Origin: Parasitella parasitica NRRL 2501
Taxonomy: Eukaryota; Fungi; Mucoromycota
DNA length: 64,000 bases
Direction of reading: 5' to 3'
Assembly (NCBI GenBank): GCA_025201805.1
Contig: MU619373.1
Coordinates: 6,037-70,036 of the forward strand
Positions 1-13,763 of the stretch are shown here, in pieces. The notes beneath the pieces were generated by a model. That model saw only the letters and a program-made list of their open reading frames with translations. It had not been told where the DNA came from and made no database searches. Position numbers and translations under genes: made by a program. Position 1 is the first letter of the stretch. The number at the start of each line of letters is the position of its first letter.

Positions 1-1217
1 CATTTTTGATTTTCATAATTTTAAAATCTTACAATTTTTGTCAAAGAAACTTTAGTAACGCGATAGAACCAGAAAAACACAGCGACAACTCACAGCGCTA
101 TGGAATAAAAGTATTTCTATTCACGAAAATATCATTAGTATCAATAAAGTTACCAACAGAAATGAGAAATTAATAAAGACGACTATTAATTCACCAGATA
201 CAAACTACTAATGTCATTGATTAGTTAATAAAAGGTTATCTTTCCGTTTAGAATAAACTCTTATGAATTAATCTATGAATACAATCAGATAATGTTTGGC
301 ATTTAACTGTCAAATAAGCTTATGATAACGCAGTATTAGTCAGAGCAAGACTTATATTTAATCAGCTAAGTAAGACGAATGTGAATCATTTATCGATAAG
401 TTTAGCCTCGTAATTTAGAAAAAGTAGAATCCAAACAGTTGGTTTCTAATACAAGACATTCCATGCTTATTTCTATTATCATAAAAGAACCGGTGAGATT
501 TAATCTTAGATCTGATCAGGGACGGTTGCCATGACAGCAGTTTTGTGTCCATAGAATACAGTGGTAGTCATCTTCAACAATAATAGCGTTATTTTCTGAG
601 CAACTAAACACTTCAAAACGAGATTTTGATGGGTAGTATTTGTATAATATTATTTTACTTACTCTTAGTTTTCACATAAGAATTGCATATAAGCATCTAT
701 GTCTTTTTATGAAGAACAAAGGAAGGCCTGGTTTAGGCTTGTTGATTAATACAGGCACGATTAGGACATTCTAATGAGTATTTAACTCCTACAGCATATA
801 GCAAAATGTGTATCAAAAGTTAAAGAGGTCTAATACTGTAACTACCAAAATAAATCCATTACATCTCTAGTAGTTACTCTTTTTTTCTTTCTGGTTCAAG
901 GTTCCTTTACTTGTACATGACGTTCACTAGGCCATATTTCTCAGCCTCTTCAGACTGAAATGCGAGCTTGGATATCCACAAAACAATAATGATCGCAGAC
1001 CTCTCTTCGTTTTAAAAAGAGATACAAGCCTGCTGTAACCAATTGTTTGTCTTTGTCTTTGTCTATGTAATATTTATCGAAAAGACGAGACTCTATAAAT
1101 TCACGTACCAGATAATATAACCCAATCAGGTCATACTCTTCCAGGCTCGGTCACAGATTGATAATTTATCATGTTTTCATTTCTCGGTTCCCTTTTTTGC
1201 TTTATCCTGCAAGCACA

Positions 1218-2285
1218 ATGAAAGGCCTTCATTTTCTTGACTCGAGCACAGTGCCAACAAATTGTATTCCTATCTGCCCATCCTTTCAGCAGGTGCTCAG
1301 TATTGAAGAAACACTACATAGTATCCAGAAAAGAGGCGGTATACTGAATAATGTCAACTCTGAAACGTTAGTTTCTGGATTAGATAAAATTGCATCTGGT
1401 GTCTTGAAGTTTTCCAGTTTTGACATGAGCCCTGAAATGGAATGCTTGAGTGGTAAGATGTATTTTGTTGTTGAGTTTTTAAGACAGCTCGAGTATCGTA
1501 AACTGGTAAGTTATACACATGAAACATAAAAAAAATAACATTAGTAGATTATTACACAATAAGAATTTGATCAAGAATTTTTGCTGTAGTTGTCGATATG
1601 TACTGATATTATTTTGATTTAGGGCTACTGTATTGTTAGCATTATTACTAATCGTTCAGATGTTGAAGAAGCTCTGGTAAAAGTATTAACTTACTACATA
1701 TCTTCTCAAATTGTTCGTATTGAAAATTTATCGGTGGAAGGATATGCTGACGGTATATTCGTCGGCGGTGTCACTGTTCATATTAAAGTAAGATATTGTC
1801 CGTGTGTAATCTGATCTAATCATGAACAGTTGATTTTCTTATAGTCAGATTCAGATCAGCAAATCAACCAAACTGCACAAACTGACCTTCTTTTATTATA
1901 CGATGCGGATTTGATGGGTGCCAATATGACTCGAATCTTTAAGAGAGTAGCTTTCGACTGCAACCCTGCGATACTATATCTGTCAACATTTAGCTCACCA
2001 GAATCTCGCTGCCGTGATTTTTACAATGTATTTACAAAAAAAAACTATATCGATCCTCACACTCTCGACTTCGATGATTTCTTAAGTGAAAATGCGACGG
2101 ATATGTTTCACGTACTTATGCATGAGAATGATATATTCACTGATCAAGAGTTCATGCTTTGGAATGATAGTATTGCTCAACAAGTCCTCAATTGGTTTAT
2201 TTCTGGTCATGATATTGATTATAAATTCGACGGTCTACTGTTTCCATGCGATGTTCCCTCAAAATTCTTCCACCCACCTCAATAG
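1218..2285 (+). CDS. Hda2/Hda3-like degenerate SNF2 C-terminal (RecA2) lobe protein, copy A; 3 exons (1218-1505, 1623-1787, 1845-2285)
   Basis: Phase-0 GT-AG introns join ORFs 1158 and 1911 through an unlisted middle exon. The spliced protein reads SGKMYFVVEFLRQLEYRKL-GYCIVSIIT...TDLLLLYDAD...PAILYLSTFSSPESR, following the SNF2 HELICc pattern (SGKxxxLxxLL, motif IV strand, ADxVIxYDxD, VYRLxTxxSxEE), with no motif V/VI arginines. Confidence 0.6.
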
Positions 2286-2499
2286 ATCAAAAAACATATA
2301 CCAGTTGTAGCATAGATGTATATTATATTTCGTAGATATGTAAATAAATCACCAGAACCGGTTGTTTCTGCTTAAAACTTTCCATGCTTCATCTGCATAA
2401 ACTTGAACAGTGTATATATCATTTTTATTTGGTTATAAATAAGGCCATGGCAAATGCTTGCGCTTCTTCCATTTTCCTTTCCGTTTCTGAACCAACAAA

Positions 2500-2919
2500 A
2501 TGTGCTATACCTACCAAAATTCCTGTCAACCTACCATGAGAGGCCCTTTGCAGACTAATTACTGGCGTCTCAAAACAGACGTAGAAGGCTATTCAAAAGA
2601 GGTAATGATTGCTTATAACCCTGAGATCGAAACTATGGATTTTGTCGATTATGTCCAATCAAAAATTGAACCACTGGGCCTCTTTATTGACTCTATCGTT
2701 ATCCCTTCCACTCGTATGGGTTCTTGCTTCAACTATAAAATCAAAAATCAAAACCAATATAAAGCCGCCACAGGAATGACTTCTATTCAAAGTGATCTCT
2801 GGAATTCTAGCCGTGGAGCCTCAGGCACCATCATTCTCGATGAAAAACGTATGGAAAACGAAAAGCGAGCCTCTGACAGTGGCTACTCCTCAAATGATAG
2901 CGATTCCAAGTCCAACTAA
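2500..2919 (+). CDS. Small intronless hypothetical protein (139 aa) with a C-terminal DSGYSS motif
   Basis: Good AAAAATG context, TATA-like TATAAATA at about 2434, pyrimidine-rich leader, protein-like composition. Confidence 0.6.
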   Translation: MCYTYQNSCQPTMRGPLQTNYWRLKTDVEGYSKEVMIAYNPEIETMDFVDYVQSKIEPLGLFIDSIVIPSTRMGSCFNYKIKNQNQYKAATGMTSIQSDLWNSSRGASGTIILDEKRMENEKRASDSGYSSNDSDSKSN

Positions 2920-3186
2920 TCATTTTTCCAAAAAGTCTGGTATATCTGCATAAATATTTACAAAAAATAATACGATGATAAATATTTCAAACAATCTGAC
3001 AAATCTCAAAAATACAATAAAATCTTTTGCAAATTTAACTAGTAAATGATGAATTGGTATGCTCGAACTGCATTATGCGCAAAACAAAATGCAAAACATG
3101 TTTCCATGGTTACAATAATGAACAAAGAATTTAATTTTACAATATATGAGCAAACGATGATTTACATGGGAGAAATGAATACTTTC

Positions 3187-4780
3187 TTAAATTTTTACGT
3201 TCATACTATTTAGTTGCTCCTCAAACTGTTGCATGGCTTCGTCAAGGATAGAACTAAAATCAAATGCTGATAAGAAGCGATCGCTTGTCTTCGATTTCTT
3301 GGCTAAGCTGTTTTCCTACAAAAGGAATCAATTCACCCTAATATAAGCATGCTACGCGATATGAGAGCTTACTTCAACTTTAATAGATCGTTTTTGTCCA
3401 GGAGGGCTTAAAATGGAGAGACTTTCATCACTACAGGCCGTACTTGCCGAAGCGTCCATATGAACTGATACATTACTTGTAACATTTGTAGTAGAGGCTT
3501 CAGAAGTATGCTTTGTAGCAAGATAAGTAGGAAAGGTGGGTGATGGGCTACCAATAGCACCAGCATTAGAAGAAGCAGGGGCTTTAGAGGAAGAAATACA
3601 GCCTTGTTGTTTCTTTCTCTTCGACCGCTGCTTTACTTTTGTTGGTGCTGAATTTGTTTTAGCAGCCTGGGGAACAGCCGTCTTCTTGGAAGATGTAAGG
3701 CTGCCCGGGGAAGGTTTTTTGGGGGAGTGACTTAAGGGGTGGCCTCCATTCCAGAGGCGATATACCTGCATGGGCATGCTTTTCTTTGTAGGTTGGTAAA
3801 ATATGTATGGTGTGTTATCTTTCTTTGCAGCCCATTCAGCAACCTCAGAAGCAACATAGTTATTCCAAACTAAAAATGCCTCGAGAGTTGAGCGACGGTT
3901 AACCTGATGGAATATGTGCTGGGCAATATCGACATTCTTATACAGAGTGTCCCAGCTTAACTCCTCGTGCGCAGAGGAACTGTAACAACGAATATCACCA
4001 GAATCCAAAGTGCTAATATAGACAACTTGGGGATTATCATAATTAACACCAGAAAACTGGTCTAATACTCGATTGTATACATTGATAGCAGAATCATACA
4101 CCATTACAATGTCGACGCTCGTTGCCTTTTTGATCGTGGTGATCTAGTGGAAAATCGTTGGTCATCTTTACTGCTCCATACTAATACACCTACTGGTTTC
4201 GCGGCTTTTCTGATTTTAACTATGACGCCAAAAGTATCCCTTTTCACAGGATAAGATGTCAAATGATCACAGTTAAGGTTGATGGCCTGAAGGATAGGAA
4301 GAAGTTTATTTTGTGATTGCAAATCATTGCACAAGATGGCCACATCCAAGTTCTGATTACACAAAAAAGATCAGAGTCAAGACAAGGGATGAGGTTTCAT
4401 AAACTTACAATATTTAATTCCTGAATTTTTTTGAAAAAGCTACCAAGAAAACTTATTTTGCCAATGGGTATTTGCGTATCAGAATAAGAAAAGATCCTCA
4501 ATAGATCGCCAATACTCTGAATTCCCAAATACCCATTGAGTACGTTTGTGAATTGAGATTGATAGGTTTCCATCTGCTCAACCGAAGCCATAGTAGGAAC
4601 ACACTGTTGAGCGGGAATAGGAGATGGTAGAACTGTGATAGTTTTTGTACGTTTGTAGGACTTTTGAGTGGATTGGAAAGCTTTCAAGGTCTCTTCTTTG
4701 TTAAGCTCGCTGAACTCAACCTTAATAAGGCTGTCTACTGTCATAGATTCCATCTTGACCAAGTTTAACGAAGCTGTCAT
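3187..4780 (-). CDS. Hda2/Hda3-like degenerate SNF2 C-terminal lobe protein, copy B; 4 exons (4780-4409, 4352-4194, 4143-3373, 3315-3187)
   Basis: Three phase-0 introns (GTAAGT, GTAGGT, GTAAGC donors; YAG acceptors) join ORFs 4397, 4104 and 3352 into one frame: GKISFLGSFFKKIQ..LDVAILCN..LLPILQAINLNC...ATSVDIVMVYDSA...PQVVYISTLDSGDIRC, then a basic S/P/K-rich tail and a short helical C-terminus. Confidence 0.65.
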
Positions 4781-5043
4781 TTTTTGAAAAGCGTTCAAGA
4801 AATCAAGAAGGGAGTAAAATGTAAGAAAACAAATTTTTGTATTCATATAGGATTTCGGAACTAATTGTCCGGCGGCTACTTGCGATTGAATCCCGGACTA
4901 GACTGTTACATTGCAGTAGTAAGATGACGACGAGTCGTTTGTCTATGGCATAAATATTTATTACTTTCTGAGATATGATACAGGCTTTTACTAATTTACA
5001 ACAAAGAAGCCTATATGCAAGAAAAAAAAAAAAAGAGATTTCA

Positions 5044-6046
5044 TTAAATAAGCATACTCTGAATTCCTCTAGTCGTAGTACTTACCCTTCTACTAGCTTC
5101 TTCCAATTCTTCTTCTGTGACACAATGGCTTTTATCGTTTGAAGGGATTTCATAGACACCACCTAAAATGAGGTAAGGGCCATAAGCGAATTCTTTCAAA
5201 TCTCCCATTTGAGTAACACCAGACAACACAAGGACTGGATCGATTTCAGATGTGATGCCTGCAACAATATCAGTATCCATGCGGTCACCGATAATACATG
5301 TTTCTAATCTGCTTAAGCCTAGCACACGTTGGGCATAACGCATAATCAATGCAGATGGTTTACCACAGTAGAAAGCTTGTGTCTTGGTGACTAGTTCAAT
5401 GGAAGCAGCAAAAGCACCAGTGGAGGGGATCTTGCGACCTTGAGAATCTAATGTTTCAACATCCAAGTTGGTGGCAATCAACTTTGCACCTTGTTGAACC
5501 AATTGAACGGCTTTGGTGATTTTTTCAAAATTAATAGCAGCTGTTTCACCCAAGACAACGTAATCAGGATTGTGATCATTCATGTAGAATCCCTTTTCGT
5601 AAAGGGCATAGGCAAGCCCAGGTTCACCAATGACATAGCAAGTGCCGCCATTAGGCATTTGAGACTCCAAAAAGAGAGCAGTAGCTTGTCCACAAGTAAA
5701 GAAATGATCAGCACCAACATCAATACCGAGACGATGCAACTTTTGCTGCAACTCTTGAGGAGTAGGAGCAGAATTATTGGTCAAAAAGAGGTACTTCTTG
5801 TTGTTGTCTTGCAAAAATTGGACCAATTCCTTGGCTCCAGGTAAGAGATTGGCTCCCTATTAACCACTATTTAGTATCCTACGCACTTATTTGACATGCC
5901 AAATAATTGCTAACGTGATAAATGACACCATCCATATCGATAATGTAGCCCTTCTTTTGACGGATGGCTTCAAGTCTTTCAATATGAAGAACAGGGTCCT
6001 TCAAGAGGGCCCATTCTCTAGATAAGTGTTCACCTTGTTGCTGCAT
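5044..6046 (-). CDS. nagD: HAD-superfamily subfamily IIA hydrolase, NagD-like; exons 6046-5915 and 5856-5044
   Basis: Motif I IIDMDGVIY in exon 1, LTNN motif II, GKP lysine, GDRMDTD motif IV, LVLSGVT. Confidence 0.92.
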
Positions 6047-6779
6047 TTTGATTCTTCAAATAAGTATATACGTTTGAGGAAAAGAAAGACATTTTCGATA
6101 CTTATTTATATTCTTTACTCGAGGTCAACATCAGAATCAATGACGTTTAGATGTGATTTTTAGTGCTTTGAGAATACAAACGCAGCACATCCATTTATTT
6201 CATTTTACCTTTGTTTCAACGCCGCCTTTTGAGTGAACCAATATGTCAACCAAAAGCACATTCCTAATAGAAGACCGACATTGATAAGGTATGGCTTTAT
6301 CTAGCTGAGATTGATCTTTCAGCAGAAAATGATGTAGAAAATGTCTTTGAGGGTACTATCGTTTTTACTAAAAAGGTTTAACTTTATTCAAAATGACGTT
6401 GTGTACATTTACAATGATTTTTCTGTGTTATACAAAGTCGGGTACATTGGATACGTATGTGATATTCTGTCAAATCATCATTTTACTAACTAATAATTGG
6501 GTCTAAACGTTGGTGCACAAATCAATATTATCTGCTTCTAGCTTAAAATATAACTCCTAATATGCTGGCTAAATTCAATTGATAAGTAAAGATTACCTAG
6601 TGCTTCAAAGTCTGTAAATATCAAGTTTGTTGCTTTTTTTATTATTTTACAAAAAACGACAGTTTACTCCACGTCTTGTGTTATTCATTTTGCGAAATAC
6701 CCATGAAAAGCATGTGCACGCTTTAATATGAGACTGGAACAGATTTACTAAATCTGTATTGCAGTTATAATACTTGAAA

Positions 6780-7336
6780 TCAGTTATCCTCGAAATCAAT
6801 GCGGTCTAGCTCCTCTTGTTCTTCATGTGTTAATTCTAGTGATTTCCCTCCTAACATTTGTCTCAACTTTGAGGTGTGTTTTGGCACAACGATCTTGAGC
6901 TTATCTGAAAATTCTTTAAACTGAGAGAAAGAAAAAAAAATGAGCGATCCAGTTTTCTCTTATTTTGGTGAATACTAACGTTTCTGACATCTAACCACCA
7001 TCCAACAGCAGTTGCTAATAAACCTGCGCCTCCAAATGCTAATAGTGTACCATAACCCAATGTTTTGAATGCAAACAACGAAGCATCTTTCTTGGCAATA
7101 GCATACTGGGCAGGTGTCATCTTAGGCGGTATATAAGGTTGGGGCGTGCGATGAGGAGTTGGTGCAGTTGGAACTACACCTTGAGCAATTTCTTGTTGCA
7201 TTCGCTGATTTTGTTTTCTTCTTGTATACCAAATAGCACCTAGGAGACCTGCTCCAAATGCACCTCCTGCTGCTGTCAACAATTCCGCTGTAGGTGGTGG
7301 AGTATTTGTGTCTTGTTTCTCGGGTTGCTTACTCAT
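6780..7336 (-). CDS. TMEM242 (DUF1358)/Aim11-like two-TM mitochondrial membrane protein; exons 7336-6980 and 6920-6780
   Basis: Two hydrophobic segments; AFKTLGYGTLLAFGGAGLL...LDVRN|FKEFSDKLK matches the family pattern; GTTAGT..CAG intron. Confidence 0.7.
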
Positions 7337-8136
7337 AGAAAAAAAAGCAGTTTTATCGAGACCCTTTTTGATACAATTTTTGATAGAATGAACTGGTAAA
7401 AGGAAGCAGTCCACCCATACCTTGAATGTCAAGATCCCCCCTCCGTTGTCCTTGACCCTCAACCCCTTTTTGCCCGCCTCCTCTAAAAACCTCACGTCTC
7501 ACAAACAATGAAGTATTTGATTGGGTCCTTGCTAGAAACAGATATTTGAATCTGTGTGTAGGTCTCCTTTCTTTGAATGTCTGGATTGAATTCGTAGGTG
7601 CTAGATGACATTGGTGTAGATATATCCTTGAAAACAAGTTTAGACGCTTTGGGAAAGAAGCACGAATCCTGTCCAAATGACTTGCTTTTCAATAGGAAAT
7701 TGGCATTTATACTATGATGCGGAACCGTTGTCTCAACAGAGAGTTTATCAAAGAAAACAAGGAGCCAGATTTGTTTGGGGGCTAAAAATATGTTGAATAT
7801 TCTAGAACTTCAACTGTTTTGAATCGTTTCAAGCCATGCATATACATTTATTGAAATTCGTTGATGAAAAATAAATAAAGAAAGTGTATACCATTTGTAT
7901 AAACCAAATTCAATTGAATTCACTATGTTTGCTTGAAACCAACAAATGCATAGCTGTAGTGTCAAATGTTAAAATAAGGCTCTTTTTGAGAAATGTAAAA
8001 TACGTTCAAATCCGAATATTTGGGATGTATCTACGCAACCCGCCTTTGTATATAGGGTTTAAAATAAAATATTCTTCTACTGGTTGTCTTCTCAATATGC
8101 AATGTAAGGCTTTGCTTGAATTTAAATTTACTTGCG

Positions 8137-8752
8137 TTAATATGAATAGTTGGTGTATTGAGAAGGAGAGCTATTTGTAGATGTAGTAGTTAAAGAAGAC
8201 TTAGATATAGATGCGCAAGCAAATGAAGATTTTGAGTGTCTATGGATGCGGATATGTTGATTCAAGTTATCTGATCTAGAAAAGCACTTGTTGCAGCTTT
8301 GATATGGGCATTTGAAAGCTGATAATAATATTTATATATACGTTAGACCATATTACTTTGTAGCAATTGCTCTACTTACGTTTTTCCGTAGTATGAATAG
8401 ATCGAATGTGTCTTTTTAAATGCTCAGATCGCTTGAATACTTTTCCACATCCATCTATTTCACAGGCGAACATCCGAATACCATGATTAGGTATATTCGA
8501 GACTCGACGCCCACGAGTTCGAGCCATTGTTTGTTGCTGGGGCTGCTGTTGTGGCAATGGAGTGTTGGGCGGAGAAAATACTGATTGAAGAGGCTGTTGT
8601 TGACGTGCTGGAGGAGGCAAGCATTGGGTGTAGATATCCGTGTGCCAATGTTGATAATCATAATAATAATTCAATTTTTCTTGTTCATTAGTACTGCTGT
8701 TATGGATTATTGGTAATGTTAATAATTCTTGAAATGTGAACCTTGTATTCAT
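8137..8752 (-). CDS. Two-finger C2H2 transcription factor, Msn2/Msn4/Seb1-type; exons 8752-8380 and 8318-8137
   Basis: [54 protein letters not shown] after splicing a phase-1 intron. Confidence 0.9.
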
Positions 8753-9274
8753 AATCAACAAAGAGAAAAAAAAAGAATGCTGATCTGCATTGTCAGCTTT
8801 GTCTTTTATACAAGGTATAATTTCAAATGTAACTTGCGTTTCATTTCAAATGCACAAAATTACTAAACCGGGACGCCGGGATTCGAACAGAAATCTAAAA
8901 TGTCCATAGAAACGCATCTTCCATTTCCTTCTACACTTGTTCTATGGCAAAATGTGCGTCATTCAAAGAAATCAGCTATTTCCTCATTGGTGAGGCCGAT
9001 TAAAACAGAGGGTTTTCTTTATTTCATACAAACCCAAGCGGCTGTTGTTTTTATCTCTTTTCTCCTTTTTTCTCTTCTGTTCATTTTTCATAACTATAAA
9101 AGTCCTTATTTTATATTTACTATATAACTTTTGAATGAACTGAATCAGCAGTTTTATTAAAGATACCACAGCAAAATCCGTCATTTTTACAAAAAAATCC
9201 TTTTTTTTTTTTTTTTTATGAAAGAACATTTCTTTTGTTAAGATCTTTTTTTAGCATTCTGGGATAATCTTGTT

Positions 9275-9308
<34 letters not shown>

Positions 9309-9322
9309 TTAAGACCATTATT

Positions 9323-11269
<1,947 letters not shown>

Positions 11270-11688
11270 TTTTTATTTCTTTACATTAAAAAAATTTATA
11301 CACACGCAAGGGGAAAAAGAACACTTTAGAAGATTTCAGAAGATTAAGGAATCTAAAAACAAAAAAAAAGTTGGACGGAAACACTCTTTTTCAGTCGCAT
11401 CGCTATACTCTAGAATGTCTCCTTTTGGTGCAAATGTACACACGAACACATACGCAGAACAACAATATCCATGTCCCCTATTTTCTTGATCGAAAACAAC
11501 ATACACACTTTCTCCTTGATTGATTTATGCACCGTATTTTATTATTTTTTTTATATGTAATCCATTCCTCCACAATTTGAAAAATATTGTAAATTTCTCT
11601 TCATTATCTAATAGCAGCAGTTTTACATAGTATATATTATTTGGCATGTAAACAATAAAATCATTTCAATTGTATACTATTACTATTA

Positions 11689-12252
11689 CTAAAGAGAACA
11701 CAAAAAATCGCCTAAACCACTGCCACTACTGCTGCTTGGCTTTTGCTGTTGTTGCTGCTTGGACAATAACGCCTTTAGATTGTTCTTTTTACCCTTGTTT
11801 TTCTTCTTTCTCGATAAAGGGTCTGCTATGGGAGAAATGTTACTGCTAGATGTGGGGTCTATCATGGGCTCTTGCTGCTTAACAAGCTTAGGCATCTTTT
11901 TCTTGATGGAACCATGATATAAACTTGTGCTACCGCAGGTCAAGCATGTCGATTTTATCTTATTTTTAGATTGTGATTTCTTAGCAGCCTTTTTGCTGTT
12001 GTTTTTGGGATATTGTTGGATGATTTCAACTCGATGGTTGAGACCAGATATATTGATTTGTCCGCAGCTTTTACAGCATAGTCGAGCAATCGTTTTATGT
12101 GCTGATACCTCATATTCTGCCAAAGTGTTTTGAAATTCATTCATATAGTATCGGCTAAGCGATGGACATTGGCTAAACAAGGTATGGCCAGCCTCAAATA
12201 AAAAATCTAAACGATTTGTTTGTTGGTTTGTTTGTAAGCTACTGCTTGCCAT
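11689..12252 (-). CDS. RPR2: RNase P subunit Rpr2/Rpp21/Snm1 family protein
   Basis: RLDFLFEA...LSRYY, two CxxC pairs (CKSC, CLTC) forming a zinc ribbon, lysine-rich tail ending LGDFL. Confidence 0.8.
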   Translation of the reverse strand: MASSSLQTNQQTNRLDFLFEAGHTLFSQCPSLSRYYMNEFQNTLAEYEVSAHKTIARLCCKSCGQINISGLNHRVEIIQQYPKNNSKKAAKKSQSKNKIKSTCLTCGSTSLYHGSIKKKMPKLVKQQEPMIDPTSSSNISPIADPLSRKKKNKGKKNNLKALLSKQQQQQKPSSSSGSGLGDFLCSL

Positions 12253-13763
12253 GTTGAAAACGAGAGAAAAATTATTCTGAAAAAAGAAAAAACATTTCGC
12301 TGTTATGAGCGGGAAAGAACAAAGCATATCAAATCGAAAGCCACAAGCATACGACCACCTATATATAGATGAAACCTGTTTAAGCTTCACAGCTCGACAG
12401 GTTTGGATCAAAACAGATTATAATATTTTCAAAATAGTGCTAAATCACTTTTGGAAATTTACAATATGTCCAAGAAGACAAATGCATTCATTATATGCTG
12501 CAGTAAGTGGAATGGTGATGAAATTTCATAAATTGTGATTTTCAAACTAGGTTATACAGTTGAAATGAATATCTCAGATATTTTGCTTTCCTTTATATCT
12601 TGGGTTACGCCGTGAAAACTAAGTAGGCCATCATTAAACACACAGAAGCAATATATTAACTATTATCCAAAGGATTATAATGATGCGATATGCTAATAGA
12701 TGGGAAGAAAATGTAATATTTTTCAACATCAATTCAATCCTCTCCAGGGCTTCAGTATATTAGGGACGGATATGCTGCAAATTGTTATTGTGGTAATAAA
12801 CTATAAACCGGAGGAGTGAAGTAAAGAATAATAGCCAAGTGATCCTCACAATCATATATAAAAGAAGTTGGCATCAATAATTTTTCTATTTTAATTTTCA
12901 AGACTGTACTTGAGATGCCTTGTGGCTACTTCTTTCTCCCTCACGATGTATTCCTCCAAAGGTGAACGGAACAATAATTCTTCCTTGAGTTAGAATCTTT
13001 GAAAGATCTTGTAGATGTGAGAAAAAGAAGCGAGGTAAAGCATCCAGCAACGATTTGTATTTACAAATGATCACAATAATGTTGAATAAACTTTAGGCTA
13101 CACAGATGCTTATCCTACAGCTACCGCACATTAGACTTTATATAGAACCGAAGTAATAATATTTTATAATTTTCTCAAGCAATATTATAGTTAGTTATGA
13201 GTATTCCAATATATTAGAGACCGATTAACTTTCTCAAATTTGAAGATACAGTATCTTATGCTGTTCTTTTTACAATTGCCAAATATGTAAATATGGAACA
13301 ATTTGATTTTATAATTTTACCGGTAAAATAAATAATACGATTCTCTAGTTCACCGAGTCAAATATCCAGGGCAAATACTTTCAAGAGCTGAAATTCAGGG
13401 GAATTCCTTCATCGACATCACCTTTTAAATTTTAATTTAATTAATGATATTTTACATAAGTATATGACATAAACATTCTTGTACCGAATAACAGTTTGAG
13501 AATGAAACGAAGAACATACATCATGTAAATGCAATATCTTGGTTTTATTTGACATATTCCGAACTTCAACAGAGCCATTCATAAGAGTAACACGAATTTT
13601 TCCTCATGCTTGGTTGCAATAAAAGCAAATAGCTATACGAAGTATACGAAGGAACCATAAATCATCAATCATAAATCATATAAAACCATAGAAGATGGTA
13701 TTGATAGTTTCCTTCTTTTCATTATACAAATCATATCATCTATCAATATTACCCATTTTTTTT

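Noticed and set aside
1-3. Minus-strand ATG in AAAAATG context at the window edge, possibly a gene divergent from copy A
   Set aside because: No coding sequence lies inside the window to test it; the left flank is worth inspecting.
4866-4901. GTCCGG...CCGGAC hairpin followed by CTAG as a Helitron 3' end bounding the module
   Set aside because: The stem is only 6 bp with a long loop and abuts the CTAG, with no typical spacer. No matching 5' end or Rep/helicase is visible.
8866-8892. tRNA-like B-box/T-loop on the minus strand (GTTCGAATCCCGGCG)
   Set aside because: The 5' side of the T-stem, the anticodon arm and the D-arm cannot be formed; at most a fragment.
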